DNA of 64,000 nt from an uncultured Gemmatimonadaceae bacterium (GCA_964438255.1 CAYTKA010000010.1:787-64786), one strand, 5' to 3'; counted from the stretch's first letter, positions 9,349 to 18,953 are shown. Notes: generated by a model from the sequence alone, not told the origin. A program made the numbers and translations.

Positions 9349-11664
9349 TTAAAAGTCCGAACCGATCGAGAAGGTGAACGTGAGACGACGCAGGAAGCCC
9401 ATGGGGCGTTCCGGCGTGAACGTCGCGGGACAGCTCCGGGTCACGTCCTGCTCGAGTACGTTGCCGTTCGTCGGGTTCGGCGTGGCCGGAATGCGGTTCC
9501 CCGGGGTGACGCAGTACAGCGCCAATCCCTGGGTGTTCGGCGCATCCCAATAGATGGCGCCGGGCGGCTGTGGAAACGGGTTGTACCCCACGTTGGCCTG
9601 AAAGGGCCCCACGGGGGTGAACACGCGGACGCCGATGCCGGGCGTCCATTTGAGACCGTTGAGGAACAGCGCCGACGCTTTGTGTGTGCGCGAGCCGATC
9701 TCCGTGCCGCGCTGCCACACGTCCCCCGCGTCGGCGAAGAACGTGTACTGGAGCAACTCGGGAAAGAGAGGACTGCGCAACCGGAGCTCGAAGTTCGCGA
9801 CGACGAGCGACGTGCCGCCCACCGGTACGACGCGTCGCACCGCCTGACTGTCACGCGTGGCGCCCAGCTCGAAGTATACCGTATCTCCGTTCCCGGCGAC
9901 GCGGCGTGGATCCGACTCGGCGATGTAGATCAGGTCGCCGAGGTTGTTCTGCTGGAAGCCGCGCACGCTCGTCGGGCCGCCGGCATAGAGGCGTTCTTCC
10001 GGCGGGATGAAGCCCGCGGAGTCGGCGAACGAGAGCGTGCGGCCGAGCACGGTGCCGATGCGCAGCCGTGCCGCGAACGTCACGTTGCTCGACAGCGGAC
10101 GGTAGAACGACGCATCGCCGAGCAGCTTGGTGAACTGGAGCGCCGAATCGGAGCCGAGCTCGCGGAACGCCGTGCGAACGTCGAAGCGCAGGATGGTTCC
10201 GTCGCGCGGATTGAGCGGGTTGTCCGTGCGGACGCGATCGAGATGCGCGCTCGCCACGGCGAGCCGCCGGTTCTTCTCGATGAACGCGCGCGACTGCGCG
10301 TCGCACTTGCTGAACAGCGCGCATTCCAGCGCGGGGGGTGCCTCGGTTCGACCGTACTCGAGCGAATACGCCAGCCGCAACGGCAGCCCGCGTCCCACCT
10401 CTCGCGTCAGCGACGCTTCGCCGCCGAGGACCGTGGTGCGCAGGTACGCGAGATATTCACTGCGCCGCTCGCTGTAGATCGACAGCGTCGGCGACGTGCG
10501 ATAGCCGAACAGCGTCGGCACGCGGATCAGCGCCGACGTGAAGTAGTTCAGCTTCGAGCTGAACGCGGAGTCCTCGCGGATCGCCGGCGCGCAGAGATTG
10601 CCGTTCGCAAAGCGCGTCGGCGTCGCGAAGCCGACCTTCGAGACCTGCGCCGTCAGCTCGAGGCGGCGTGCCTCGCCAAGGAAGTTCTTGTCGATGTACT
10701 GCGTGCGCTCCTTGAAGCAATCGAGCACGGCCCACCCGAACTCGGTGTCGAGCTGGCGCAGATAGTTCTCTCGCAGCAGGATGTCGATCGTGACGAGCGT
10801 GTCGCCCTTGGGCTGCACGCTGTCCGGCGCGATGCGCACCTCGACTTTCTGAAACAGGTCCGTCTGATACAGCCCGCGCTGCGCGTCGGCGAGATCCTGC
10901 TCGCGATAGAGGTCGCCGGGGTGCACGGTGGCCAGTCGCTGCACGATCTGCGCGCCGAGGCGCGGTGCCTCGCCGGTGAGCGGCTCGCTGAACACGCGCA
11001 CTTCGCCGATCCGTCCTCGACTCCCCGGCAGGACGTCGAGGTCGACGAGCGCGCGGTGCTGCGCCGTATCGACGGTGTAGCTCGCCGCCACGTCGGCGCG
11101 CGGATAGCCGGTGTTGCGCAGGCGCGCCTTGATCGAATCGATCGTCGCTTGAAGCGCGGTGCGGTCGAACACGGCACCCTTGCGCAGGTCCACTCGGCTC
11201 GTGTCCGCGATCGGCCCGGTGACGCTGTCGAGCCCCTCGACTCGCAGGGAGTCGATGACCACCGGCTGCCCCTCGTCGATCAGGAAGGCGACGTCGACGC
11301 TGCCGTCGGGCGCGGACGTGACCGCCGTGTCGACGGTGGCGCCGTAATACCCGTGTCGCTGATAGAAGACGCGCAGGCGGCCGACGTCGAGCCGCAGTAC
11401 GTCACTGTCGAGACAGCGCCGCGTGCCAATGTGAAGGCCGCGGCGAAAGAGCGAGGGCTGTGTCGTCGCCACGCGCAGCGCGAGATCCCGGCTCGAGAAT
11501 GCCCTGTTGCCCCTGAACGTCAGCGACCGGAGCTCTCGTTCGCCGACCGAGCCGTCGCATTCACCACTCTGCGCCTGCGCCAGGGCGGGGAGTGCCGCCA
11601 CGAGGAACAGCGTCAGCGCGGCACGACGCCATCGCCAGGCCGCATCACCGACGCCGAAGCTCAT
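9349..11664 (-). CDS. Omp85-family outer-membrane protein (BamA/TamA/TamL-like, POTRA repeats plus beta-barrel)
   Basis: 771 aa. Signal peptide ending ALPALAQA, POTRA-like repeats, surface-antigen (D15) barrel, and C-terminus ...FTFSIGSDF with a terminal aromatic residue typical of OMP barrels. Confidence 0.8.
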   Translation of the reverse strand: MSFGVGDAAWRWRRAALTLFLVAALPALAQAQSGECDGSVGERELRSLTFRGNRAFSSRDLALRVATTQPSLFRRGLHIGTRRCLDSDVLRLDVGRLRVFYQRHGYYGATVDTAVTSAPDGSVDVAFLIDEGQPVVIDSLRVEGLDSVTGPIADTSRVDLRKGAVFDRTALQATIDSIKARLRNTGYPRADVAASYTVDTAQHRALVDLDVLPGSRGRIGEVRVFSEPLTGEAPRLGAQIVQRLATVHPGDLYREQDLADAQRGLYQTDLFQKVEVRIAPDSVQPKGDTLVTIDILLRENYLRQLDTEFGWAVLDCFKERTQYIDKNFLGEARRLELTAQVSKVGFATPTRFANGNLCAPAIREDSAFSSKLNYFTSALIRVPTLFGYRTSPTLSIYSERRSEYLAYLRTTVLGGEASLTREVGRGLPLRLAYSLEYGRTEAPPALECALFSKCDAQSRAFIEKNRRLAVASAHLDRVRTDNPLNPRDGTILRFDVRTAFRELGSDSALQFTKLLGDASFYRPLSSNVTFAARLRIGTVLGRTLSFADSAGFIPPEERLYAGGPTSVRGFQQNNLGDLIYIAESDPRRVAGNGDTVYFELGATRDSQAVRRVVPVGGTSLVVANFELRLRSPLFPELLQYTFFADAGDVWQRGTEIGSRTHKASALFLNGLKWTPGIGVRVFTPVGPFQANVGYNPFPQPPGAIYWDAPNTQGLALYCVTPGNRIPATPNPTNGNVLEQDVTRSCPATFTPERPMGFLRRLTFTFSIGSDF

Positions 11665-11894
11665 CCCCGCGGGCGCCGGCCCGCCCCTGTCGCGTGATGC
11701 TTGCCGGTCCGGCGGTCCTCCGGCAGCAATGGCGTTCGCTCCAGGAACAGCTTCGCGACGTAATAGGCGGCCAGACCGGTCACAATCCCCGCGCCGACGG
11801 CCGGAATCAAGTCGCGCCCAGTCAGCCGACGGCGGTAGACGTATCCTTCCAGGCGTGCAATCTCGCGCGACGGTCGATCAGAGTGCTTGGTCAT
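11661..11894 (-). CDS. Hypothetical small membrane protein (one predicted TM helix)
   Basis: Internal ATG of the 107-aa ORF gives MTKHSDRPSREIARLEGY...IPAVGAGIVTGLAAYYVAKLF. ATGA overlap with the Omp85 start. No recognisable family and no clear SD. Confidence 0.35.
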   Translation of the reverse strand: MTKHSDRPSREIARLEGYVYRRRLTGRDLIPAVGAGIVTGLAAYYVAKLFLERTPLLPEDRRTGKHHATGAGRRPRG

Positions 11895-11988
11895 GTCGGA
11901 GGACGGACACGAAGGAAGGGACGCAACTTGCAGCGGACAAAGCACGATGCGCCCGCACGGCGGGCAGCTCCGGCGGGCGCGCATTTGA

Positions 11989-12017
11989 TTGACGCTGCAT
12001 CGCAGCGCGCGTAAGTT
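11989..12017 (+). promoter_or_regulatory. Sigma-70-like promoter candidate TTGACG-N17-TAAGTT
   Basis: TTGACG at 11989-11994, a 17-nt spacer, and TAAGTT at 12012-12017, about 44 nt upstream of the binding-protein ATG. Confidence 0.35.
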
Positions 12018-12060
12018 CTCGCGCCTTCACCATGAAGTCAACTGCTTACGCCAGAACGTC

Positions 12061-13632
12061 ATGCGTCGTTCCACCGCCCTGCTTCTCCCTCTCGTTTTCG
12101 CGGCCTGTGGCGGGAGCAGCGGCTCCACGGATCGTCGCACGCTCATCGACTCCCGCGACAACTACGACCCGCGCTCCCTCGACCCAGCGCTCTCGACCGA
12201 CGTTCCCACGGGCCGCGCGGTGGGTTACCTCTTTGACGGCCTGACCCGCTTTACCCCCGATGCGCGCGTTGTCTCCGCGCTCGCCACGAGCTGGGACGTC
12301 TCGAAGGACGGAACGGTCTACACCTTCCACCTTCGCCGCGGCGTTACCTTCACCGACGGCACGCCCTTCACCGCACGGCAGGTCGCCACGAGCTGGCAGC
12401 GGGTGCTCGACCCGAAGGTGCGCGGCGGGCGCGGCTGGCCACTCTACCCCATCCTCGGCGCCAAAGAGTTCGCCGACGGGAAGGCGACCACCATCCCCGG
12501 CATCACCACAGCGAACGACTCCACCGTCGTCGTGACGCTCAAGGAGCCATTCGCCATCTTCCCCAAGCTGCTCGCCATGCCGGTGGCCTCCATCGCGCCG
12601 GAGAACATCCCGCCCAACTTCGGCGAGCGCCCCGTGGGCACCGGCCCGTGGCAGCTCGTCGAATGGAAGCACGACGACTACCTCCTCTTCACGTCGAACA
12701 AGAAGTACTGGGGGGGCGCACCAAAGGCGGATTCGCTCAAGGCACGCATCATCGCCGAGCCGAGCACCGCCGTCGCAGAGTTCCAGAGCGGCAACGTGGA
12801 CGTGCTCCAGGTGCCACAGGGAGAGATCCGTGAATGGGAGGAGGACACGGAGCGCAGGAAGCTCCTCGCCTCCACGCCGGCGCTCGAGCTGGTGTACGTC
12901 GCCATCAACACGACCCGCGGTCCGCTCTCCGACGTACGCGTCCGCCAGGCGATCAATCATGCGATCGACCGGCGCACGATCGTGCGCAACCTCGTCGCCG
13001 GCCGCGGCGAGCTCGCATCGGGTGTCGTCCCCTCGCAGCTTCCCGGCTCCGACAAGACGCGCATCGGCTATCAGTTCGACACGCTGCGCGCGAAGCAGCT
13101 CCTGCGGGACGCCGGCTACCCGAACGGGATCGACGTCGAGCTGTGGACCTCCACGACGCCGATCTTCGTGCGAATCGCCGAAACGCTCCAGGGCTATCTC
13201 GCCCTCGCCGGCATTCGGGCCAAGATCGTGCAGCGTGAAAGCGCCGCGGCGCGTGAAGCGGCACGCAAGGGGCAGACCGATCTGTTCGTCAAGGACTGGT
13301 ACGCCGACTACCCCGACGCGGAGAACTTTCTCTACCCACTGCTTCACAGCTCGAACAAGGGTGTCGGCGGCAACGTGTCGTTCTACCAGAACGCGCAGTA
13401 CGATTCGCTCGTCTCCGCGGCACGGCGCGAGCAGGACGAGACGAAGCGCGTCGCGCTGTACAGGCAGGCCGACGAGCTCGCGTTTCGTGAGGCGCCCATG
13501 ATCTTCCTCTACTTCTACAACGAGCTCTATGCCGTGCAGCCCTGGGTGACGGGCTTCAAGCCGCCGGTCATCTTCAACGGCCAGCCCTGGACGGACGTGG
13601 CGATCGTGCACACAGCGAAGGCGGCGAGATGA
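12061..13632 (+). CDS. ABC transporter substrate-binding lipoprotein, family 5 (Dpp/Opp/Nik type)
   Basis: Start moved to ATG 12061, giving MRRSTALLLPLVFAACGG (lipobox). The body matches peptide/nickel SBP family 5 (…WQLVEWKHDDYLLFTSNKKYWGG…). Confidence 0.85.
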   Translation: MRRSTALLLPLVFAACGGSSGSTDRRTLIDSRDNYDPRSLDPALSTDVPTGRAVGYLFDGLTRFTPDARVVSALATSWDVSKDGTVYTFHLRRGVTFTDGTPFTARQVATSWQRVLDPKVRGGRGWPLYPILGAKEFADGKATTIPGITTANDSTVVVTLKEPFAIFPKLLAMPVASIAPENIPPNFGERPVGTGPWQLVEWKHDDYLLFTSNKKYWGGAPKADSLKARIIAEPSTAVAEFQSGNVDVLQVPQGEIREWEEDTERRKLLASTPALELVYVAINTTRGPLSDVRVRQAINHAIDRRTIVRNLVAGRGELASGVVPSQLPGSDKTRIGYQFDTLRAKQLLRDAGYPNGIDVELWTSTTPIFVRIAETLQGYLALAGIRAKIVQRESAAAREAARKGQTDLFVKDWYADYPDAENFLYPLLHSSNKGVGGNVSFYQNAQYDSLVSAARREQDETKRVALYRQADELAFREAPMIFLYFYNELYAVQPWVTGFKPPVIFNGQPWTDVAIVHTAKAAR

Positions 13633-14549
13633 CGGCGTTCATCGTCCGGCGCCTGCTCCTCTCCATCCCGACGCTGTTCGGCGTGCTCGTCGTGGCTTTT
13701 CTGCTGCTGTACGTGGCACCCGGCGATCCGGTGCAGGCCATGGTGGGCGAGCGCGCCGACTCCACGACGATCGCCCGGCTGCGGCAGGAGCTCCGCCTCG
13801 ACGATCCGCTCTACGTGCAGTTCGGGCACTACGTCGGCGGCATCGTGAAGGGCGACCTCGGAAGATCGTATATCACCAACCGGCCTATCCTGCGCGACAT
13901 CCGCGAGCGCTTCCCCAAGACGCTGCAGCTCGCCGGCGCCGCCATGCTGCTCGCCACGATCTGCGGCGTGACGCTCGGCATCTTCAGCGCGAGGCATCCG
14001 GGCGGCACAATAGACCGGTTTGGGCTCGCGGTGGCGTATCTCGGGATCAGCTTTCCCGTCTATTGGGTCGGCCTGCTGCTCATCCTGCTCTTCGCCATGA
14101 CGCTGCGCTGGCTCCCCCCTTCGGGATTCGGCAGCGCACGGTATCTCGTGCTTCCCGCGCTCGCGCTCGGGATGCGCTCCATCGCGTTCCTCGCCCGCAT
14201 GACGCGCTCCGCCATGCTCGACTCGCTCGGCGCCGACTACGTGCGTACCGCACGGGCCAAAGGGCTGCGCGAGAGCGTCGTCGTCGGACGGCACGCGCTG
14301 CGCAACGCGCTCATCCCGATCATCACCGTGCTCGGCCTCGACTTCGGCGCGTATCTCACGGGGAGCATCCTCACCGAGACGATCTTCTCCTGGCCCGGGC
14401 TCGGACGTTACGTCGTGAACGCGATCGCGCGGCGCGATCTCCCCGCCATCCAGGGGTCGGTGCTCTTTCTCAGTGCGGTGTTCGTCCTCGTGAACCTGAT
14501 CACCGACGTCGCCTACGCGAAGGCCGATCCGCGGGTCACCTACGCGTGA
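13629..14549 (+). CDS. ABC transporter permease (DppB/OppB-like)
   Basis: 306 aa, six hydrophobic segments, and the typical N-terminus MTAFIVRRLLLSIPTLFGV. ATGA overlap with the SBP gene. Confidence 0.85.
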   Translation: MTAFIVRRLLLSIPTLFGVLVVAFLLLYVAPGDPVQAMVGERADSTTIARLRQELRLDDPLYVQFGHYVGGIVKGDLGRSYITNRPILRDIRERFPKTLQLAGAAMLLATICGVTLGIFSARHPGGTIDRFGLAVAYLGISFPVYWVGLLLILLFAMTLRWLPPSGFGSARYLVLPALALGMRSIAFLARMTRSAMLDSLGADYVRTARAKGLRESVVVGRHALRNALIPIITVLGLDFGAYLTGSILTETIFSWPGLGRYVVNAIARRDLPAIQGSVLFLSAVFVLVNLITDVAYAKADPRVTYA

Positions 14550-14857
14550 CGACTCGCTCCGCGCTCGACGCGTATCAGGACGCCGCGGCCCGCACGATCA
14601 ACCCGTCGCTCACGGACGACCAGCGCCTGCTCGACGCCGCGGCCGGCCTCGCCGAGGAGGCCGGGGAAGTGCTCGCGCACGTGCGCAAGCACCTCATGCA
14701 AGGTCGCGCGCTCGACCGCGACGCGCTCACGAAGGAGCTCGGCGACGCGCTCTGGTGCATCGCCATCGTCGCGCGCTCGATCGACGTTCCGTTCAGCGAG
14801 GTGGCGGAGCGCAATGTCGAGAAGTTGCGGGCGCGCTACCCGGATGGATTCCGGTAG
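14546..14857 (+). CDS. MazG-like nucleotide pyrophosphohydrolase domain protein
   Basis: GTG 14546 overlaps the permease stop (GTGA). The translation VTTRSALDAYQDAA...LAEEAGEVLAHVRKH...KELGDALWCIAIVA shows the EExGE...E..D MazG motif. Confidence 0.7.
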   Translation: MTTRSALDAYQDAAARTINPSLTDDQRLLDAAAGLAEEAGEVLAHVRKHLMQGRALDRDALTKELGDALWCIAIVARSIDVPFSEVAERNVEKLRARYPDGFR

Positions 14858-14890
14858 GACGAAGTCCTTCGCTTCGCTCAGGACGCCGGA

Positions 14891-15916
14891 TCAATCGTCC
14901 TTTTGGCCGAAGACGGCCATGTTGCTCGAGTGCCCGGGCGCGACCTTCTTGTCGGGATAGATCCAGTGCACGGCCTGATTCACCGCCGTCGCCGCCTCAC
15001 CGAAGCCGCAGGCGATCAGCTTGAGCTTGCCTGGATACATCGTCACATCGCCCGCCGCCCAGACGCCCGGCCGACCGGTCTCCATCAGTTGGTTGACGAC
15101 GATCTCGTCCTTCTCGAGCGTGAGCCCCCACTCGGCGATCGGACCGATGTCGCTCACGAAGCCGAGCATCGGCAGCACGACGTCGGCCTCGATCTCCGTC
15201 GTCGTCTTCGCCTTCACGTCGCGCAGCACGATGTGCGTGAAGCGGTCGCCCTCGCGCCTGCAGAGCACGTCGGCCAGCTCGTGGAAGGTGTAGAGCGAGG
15301 CGTGCCCATGGGCCATGTCGCGATGGAACTGCGTGACGGTCGCCCCGTGCGCGCGGAAGCGGTCGCTGCGGTGCACGAGCGACACGTGCGTCGCCACGCC
15401 GCGAAGCTGTGTCGCCCAGTCGAACGCCGAGTCGCCGCCGCCGACGATCACCACACGCTGCCCCTTGAACTGCTGCGGGTCCGTGACGACGTCGAAGATG
15501 CCACGCCCATACCAGGGCTCGGCACACGCCTGCGGCAGGCGGCGCGGTGAGAAGGCGCCGATTCCCGCCGCGATGATGATCGCGCGGGTCGGGTAGTCGC
15601 CCTTCTCTGTGTGCAGCACGAAGTGACCGTTCTGCTGTCCGAGGCCGGTGACGCGTTGCCCCAGATGGACCGGCTGATGGAATTGCGCCGCCTGATCGCG
15701 CAGCGACCGCACGAGGTCCCTGGCGAGCACCTTCGGGTAGCCGGCGACGTCGAAGATGTATTTCTCCGGATACAGCGCAGCGAGCTGTCCGCCGAGCTCC
15801 GGAAGGGCGTCGACGATCTGGGCGGTCGCCCCGCGCATGCCGGCGTAAAAGAGCGCGAAGAGCCCGGTGGGGCCGCCGCCGATGATGGTGATGTCCTTCA
15901 TTTCGTGTTCCGTCAT
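14891..15916 (-). CDS. Ferredoxin-NADP+ reductase, thioredoxin-reductase-type (YumC-like)
   Basis: Start at internal ATG 15916 (MTEHEMKDITIIGGGPTGLFALFYAG). Second nucleotide-binding motif VVIVGGGDSAFDWA. The longer 608-aa ORF would run through the neighbouring plus-strand gene. Confidence 0.85.
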   Translation of the reverse strand: MTEHEMKDITIIGGGPTGLFALFYAGMRGATAQIVDALPELGGQLAALYPEKYIFDVAGYPKVLARDLVRSLRDQAAQFHQPVHLGQRVTGLGQQNGHFVLHTEKGDYPTRAIIIAAGIGAFSPRRLPQACAEPWYGRGIFDVVTDPQQFKGQRVVIVGGGDSAFDWATQLRGVATHVSLVHRSDRFRAHGATVTQFHRDMAHGHASLYTFHELADVLCRREGDRFTHIVLRDVKAKTTTEIEADVVLPMLGFVSDIGPIAEWGLTLEKDEIVVNQLMETGRPGVWAAGDVTMYPGKLKLIACGFGEAATAVNQAVHWIYPDKKVAPGHSSNMAVFGQKDD

Positions 15917-16033
15917 GGCCTGAATACTAAAACGGGCGCGGCGCTTATCGAGGGAGTTCGGTGAGGCGGCGCTGTGCGCTGCCGCCCGATAAGGGCCGCG
16001 CCCGATCAGCCCGGCGCCCTTATATTCCCGGCA

Positions 16034-16579
16034 ATGAAGATCTACACGAAGACCGGCGATCAGGGCTCTACCGGGCTCTTCGGCGGCGGGCGCGTCCCCA
16101 AGGACGACATCCGCGTCGAGGCCTACGGTGACGTAGACGAGCTCAATGCCGTCATTGGCATGGCACGCTCGGTCGAGATGATGCCGCGCATCGACGAAGT
16201 GCTCGTGCCCATCCAGCGCGATCTCTTCGCCATCGGTGCGCTCCTCGCTACCCCGGACCGCGACAAGATGGCGCAGCATCTCGAGAAGGCCCGGATCGAC
16301 GAGGGACGCATTGTGGAGCTCGAGCGCGCCATCGATGACGGCGATGCCGAGCTCGAGCCCCTGCGAGCGTTCATCATCCCGGGTGGCACCCCCAAGGCCG
16401 CCGCATTGCACGTCGCGCGCACCGTCTGCCGCCGTGCCGAGCGGCGGGTGGTGACGCTGCAGCAACAGGTCGAGCTTCCCCCCCTCGCCGTCATCTATCT
16501 GAACCGGCTGTCCGACCTGCTCTTCACCCTGGCGCGCGTCGCCAATCGGCGCGCCGGTGCGGGCGAGGTGACCTGGTAG
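16034..16579 (+). CDS. ATP:cob(I)alamin adenosyltransferase, PduO type
   Basis: ATG 16034 gives MKIYTKTGDQGSTGLFGGGRV..., the characteristic PduO/MMAB N-terminus. Confidence 0.85.
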   Translation: MKIYTKTGDQGSTGLFGGGRVPKDDIRVEAYGDVDELNAVIGMARSVEMMPRIDEVLVPIQRDLFAIGALLATPDRDKMAQHLEKARIDEGRIVELERAIDDGDAELEPLRAFIIPGGTPKAAALHVARTVCRRAERRVVTLQQQVELPPLAVIYLNRLSDLLFTLARVANRRAGAGEVTW

Positions 16580-16580
16580 G

Positions 16581-17693
16581 ATGAGCACCGCCACGGCCCC
16601 TGACCATGAGCGCATCGTCACGCGTGTGATCGACGCGGGCGGATATCGCGTCATCATCGGCGCAGGGTTGCGGCGCGAGTTCGCCGACCGGGTCGCCGCC
16701 GCGGCGCCGGCGCACACCTATGCCGTCATCACCGACGACGACGTGGCGCCGCGCTACGGCGAGGCCCTCGTCGCGGAGCTGGCGCGCCATGGCCGAAGCT
16801 CGCTGCATCGCATGCCGTCGGGCGAGACGCACAAGACGCGCGACACGTGGGCCCGTCTCACCGACGGGCTGCTCGCCGCGGGCTGCGGCCGCGACACCAC
16901 CGTCGTCGCCCTCGGCGGCGGCGTCGTGGGCGACGTCGCCGGCTTCGTTGCCGCAACGTACATGCGCGGCGTTCCCGTCGTGCAGTGTCCGACGACGCTG
17001 CTCGCGATGATCGATGCGTCCATCGGCGGCAAGACCGGCGTGGACACGGCCGCCGGAAAGAATCTCGTCGGCGCATTTCACCCGCCGGCCGCCGTGCTGG
17101 CGGACGTCGAGACCCTCGGCACACTGCCGCTGGCGCACCGCCGTGCCGGTCTCGCCGAGGCGATCAAGCACGGCGTCATCGCCGACGCCGACTACTTCGC
17201 GCGCATCCACGCCACACTGCCGGCGCTTCTTGCGAGCGAGCCCGGTGCGACGCTCGAGCTCGTGTCGCGCAGCGTGGAGATCAAGGCCTCCGTCGTGCGC
17301 GCCGACGAGCGCGAGCACGGGCTTCGCAAGACGCTCAACTTCGGCCACACACTCGGCCACGCGATCGAGCTCGCGAGCGGGTTCTCCCTGCTGCACGGCG
17401 AAGCAGTGGCGATCGGCATGGTGCTCGAGGCGCGGATCGCCGAACGACTTGGCGTCGCTCCTGCCGGGACGGCCGGCGCGATCGAGCAAGTCGTGCGTCG
17501 TGCCGGACTGCCGGCGGATCGGCCGGCGGCGATCGACGCCGAAGCGGTGCTTGCCGGCACACGCCACGACAAGAAGACTCGCGAAGGTGTCGTATCCTTC
17601 GCGCTTCCCGCGCACATCGGTGCAATGGCCGGGGCGGAGCGCGGCTGGTCGACCGAGGTGAGCGACGCGCTCATGCGTGAGGTGCTGGCGTGA
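16581..17693 (+). CDS. aroB: 3-dehydroquinate synthase
   Basis: 370 aa with GGGVVGDVAGFVAATYMRGV, IDASIGGKTGVD, GKNLVGAFHPP and NFGHTLGHAIE. Confidence 0.9.
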   Translation: MSTATAPDHERIVTRVIDAGGYRVIIGAGLRREFADRVAAAAPAHTYAVITDDDVAPRYGEALVAELARHGRSSLHRMPSGETHKTRDTWARLTDGLLAAGCGRDTTVVALGGGVVGDVAGFVAATYMRGVPVVQCPTTLLAMIDASIGGKTGVDTAAGKNLVGAFHPPAAVLADVETLGTLPLAHRRAGLAEAIKHGVIADADYFARIHATLPALLASEPGATLELVSRSVEIKASVVRADEREHGLRKTLNFGHTLGHAIELASGFSLLHGEAVAIGMVLEARIAERLGVAPAGTAGAIEQVVRRAGLPADRPAAIDAEAVLAGTRHDKKTREGVVSFALPAHIGAMAGAERGWSTEVSDALMREVLA

Positions 17694-18439
17694 GCAACGC
17701 GCACACCCCCGCCGACGGCGTGCCCGTGATCGATCCCACCGTCGAGGCAGTGATCGAGGAGCTGATTGCGCCCCCGCTCGTCGAGGCACCGGCGCAAACG
17801 TATCCCCCGGTCCCCGCCCTCCCGCCGTTCATCGGGAACGGGCGCCCATTCAAGCGCCCTCGCCGCCGCCTCGGGAAGTATTCGTCGACGGCGATCGTGC
17901 TCGTGCTGCTCGTCACCATCGCGGCAGGAATCGTGCGCGTGTGGTACGGGTTCGAACCGAAACGAACGCTCGAGATCGCACCGGTCGTCGTATCCGCGCC
18001 GATCCGTCTCGACGGTGCGCTCGTGCTCGGCGCGGCGCGCGATTGGGTCGTGAAGCGCGACATACCGCTGCGCTATGGCGACCCTGTCCCCGTGTCGCTC
18101 ACTGCATACTGTCTGCGCGGTCTCACGCGTCGCGACCATTACGTACGCGAAGGGATCATCGCCTCGGATCCGAAAGTGTTTCCTCTTGGGCGCTACCTCG
18201 AGGTGTACGTCGGCAAGGCGTACTACGGGCGCTTTCTGATCGATGACACGGGCGGCGCGATCAAGGGCAACCGCCTCGACATCTGGACGCCGACCTGTCG
18301 TGAAGCGCGCATCTTCGGGCGCGTGAAGGGAACGGCCGTGCTGGTACCGAAGCCGCACGGCGCGGCGCCTGATACGGTGACCACGGGCCGCCTCGGTGGC
18401 GCTCGTCCAGGACACTCGGCAGTCTCGTCGCTTCGCTGA
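17690..18439 (+). CDS. 3D-domain protein (MltA/RlpA-like DPBB fold), N-terminal membrane anchor
   Basis: C-terminus GIIASDPKVFPLGRYLEVYV...FLIDDTGGAIKGNRLDIWT matches the three-Asp 3D domain. TM segment STAIVLVLLVTIAAGIV. ATGA overlap with aroB. Confidence 0.7.
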   Translation: MSNAHTPADGVPVIDPTVEAVIEELIAPPLVEAPAQTYPPVPALPPFIGNGRPFKRPRRRLGKYSSTAIVLVLLVTIAAGIVRVWYGFEPKRTLEIAPVVVSAPIRLDGALVLGAARDWVVKRDIPLRYGDPVPVSLTAYCLRGLTRRDHYVREGIIASDPKVFPLGRYLEVYVGKAYYGRFLIDDTGGAIKGNRLDIWTPTCREARIFGRVKGTAVLVPKPHGAAPDTVTTGRLGGARPGHSAVSSLR

Positions 18440-18540
18440 TCCGGCGCCGCCGCCCGAAGAACGCAGCGCCCCATACGGGCAGCACCCGATCTGGTCCCGT
18501 CCTTGCTCGTCGTCGCCAGCGACTCCATCGGACCGACCCT

Positions 18541-18747
18541 ATGTCCTCCTTCAGCACCTATCTGATCGGCTTCATCGTGCTGGTGATCGGCCTCGCGATC
18601 GCGGCGTTCCTGCTCAACGTGCCGCCGATGTGGATCGCCGTCGGGGTGATCATCATGCTCGGCATCGGGATCCTCACCGCCACGAGCCGCACGAAGATGA
18701 AAGATCCACCACAGCCACCCGGGCCCGGCCCCGGCCCACGCGCCTGA
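18541..18747 (+). CDS. Hypothetical small membrane protein (2 TM, Pro/Gly tail)
   Basis: 68 aa with high GC3 codon usage and two hydrophobic helices. No family recognised. Confidence 0.5.
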   Translation: MSSFSTYLIGFIVLVIGLAIAAFLLNVPPMWIAVGVIIMLGIGILTATSRTKMKDPPQPPGPGPGPRA

Positions 18748-18924
18748 GCTGGCTGGGAGGCCGAGGGCGCGGCGCGAGGTGATGGCAGAGGCCGCCTAAC
18801 GGACATCCTGCCCGAACTGGTCGAGGTTGCCCGAAAGATTGGCAAGTAACCCCCAACCTCCTGTCATTCAAGCAGTTATGTGGGTCACAAATCTGTGGAG
18901 GGGGCCAATCTGGCAAACTGACTG

Positions 18925-18953
18925 TTGACGGGTTTTTCCCCCGACATTACTGT
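18925..18953 (+). promoter_or_regulatory. Sigma-70-like promoter candidate TTGACG-N17-TACTGT
   Basis: Sits in the comparatively AT-rich intergenic region upstream of the sigma-factor gene. TTGACG 18925-18930 and TACTGT 18948-18953. Confidence 0.35.

Noticed and set aside
7827-11697. Long plus-strand ORFs 7827..9377 (516 aa) and 9223..11697 (824 aa).
   Set aside because: They are antisense to tamB and the Omp85 gene, which have clear family signatures. They have low-complexity Arg/Glu/His-rich sequence and no motifs.
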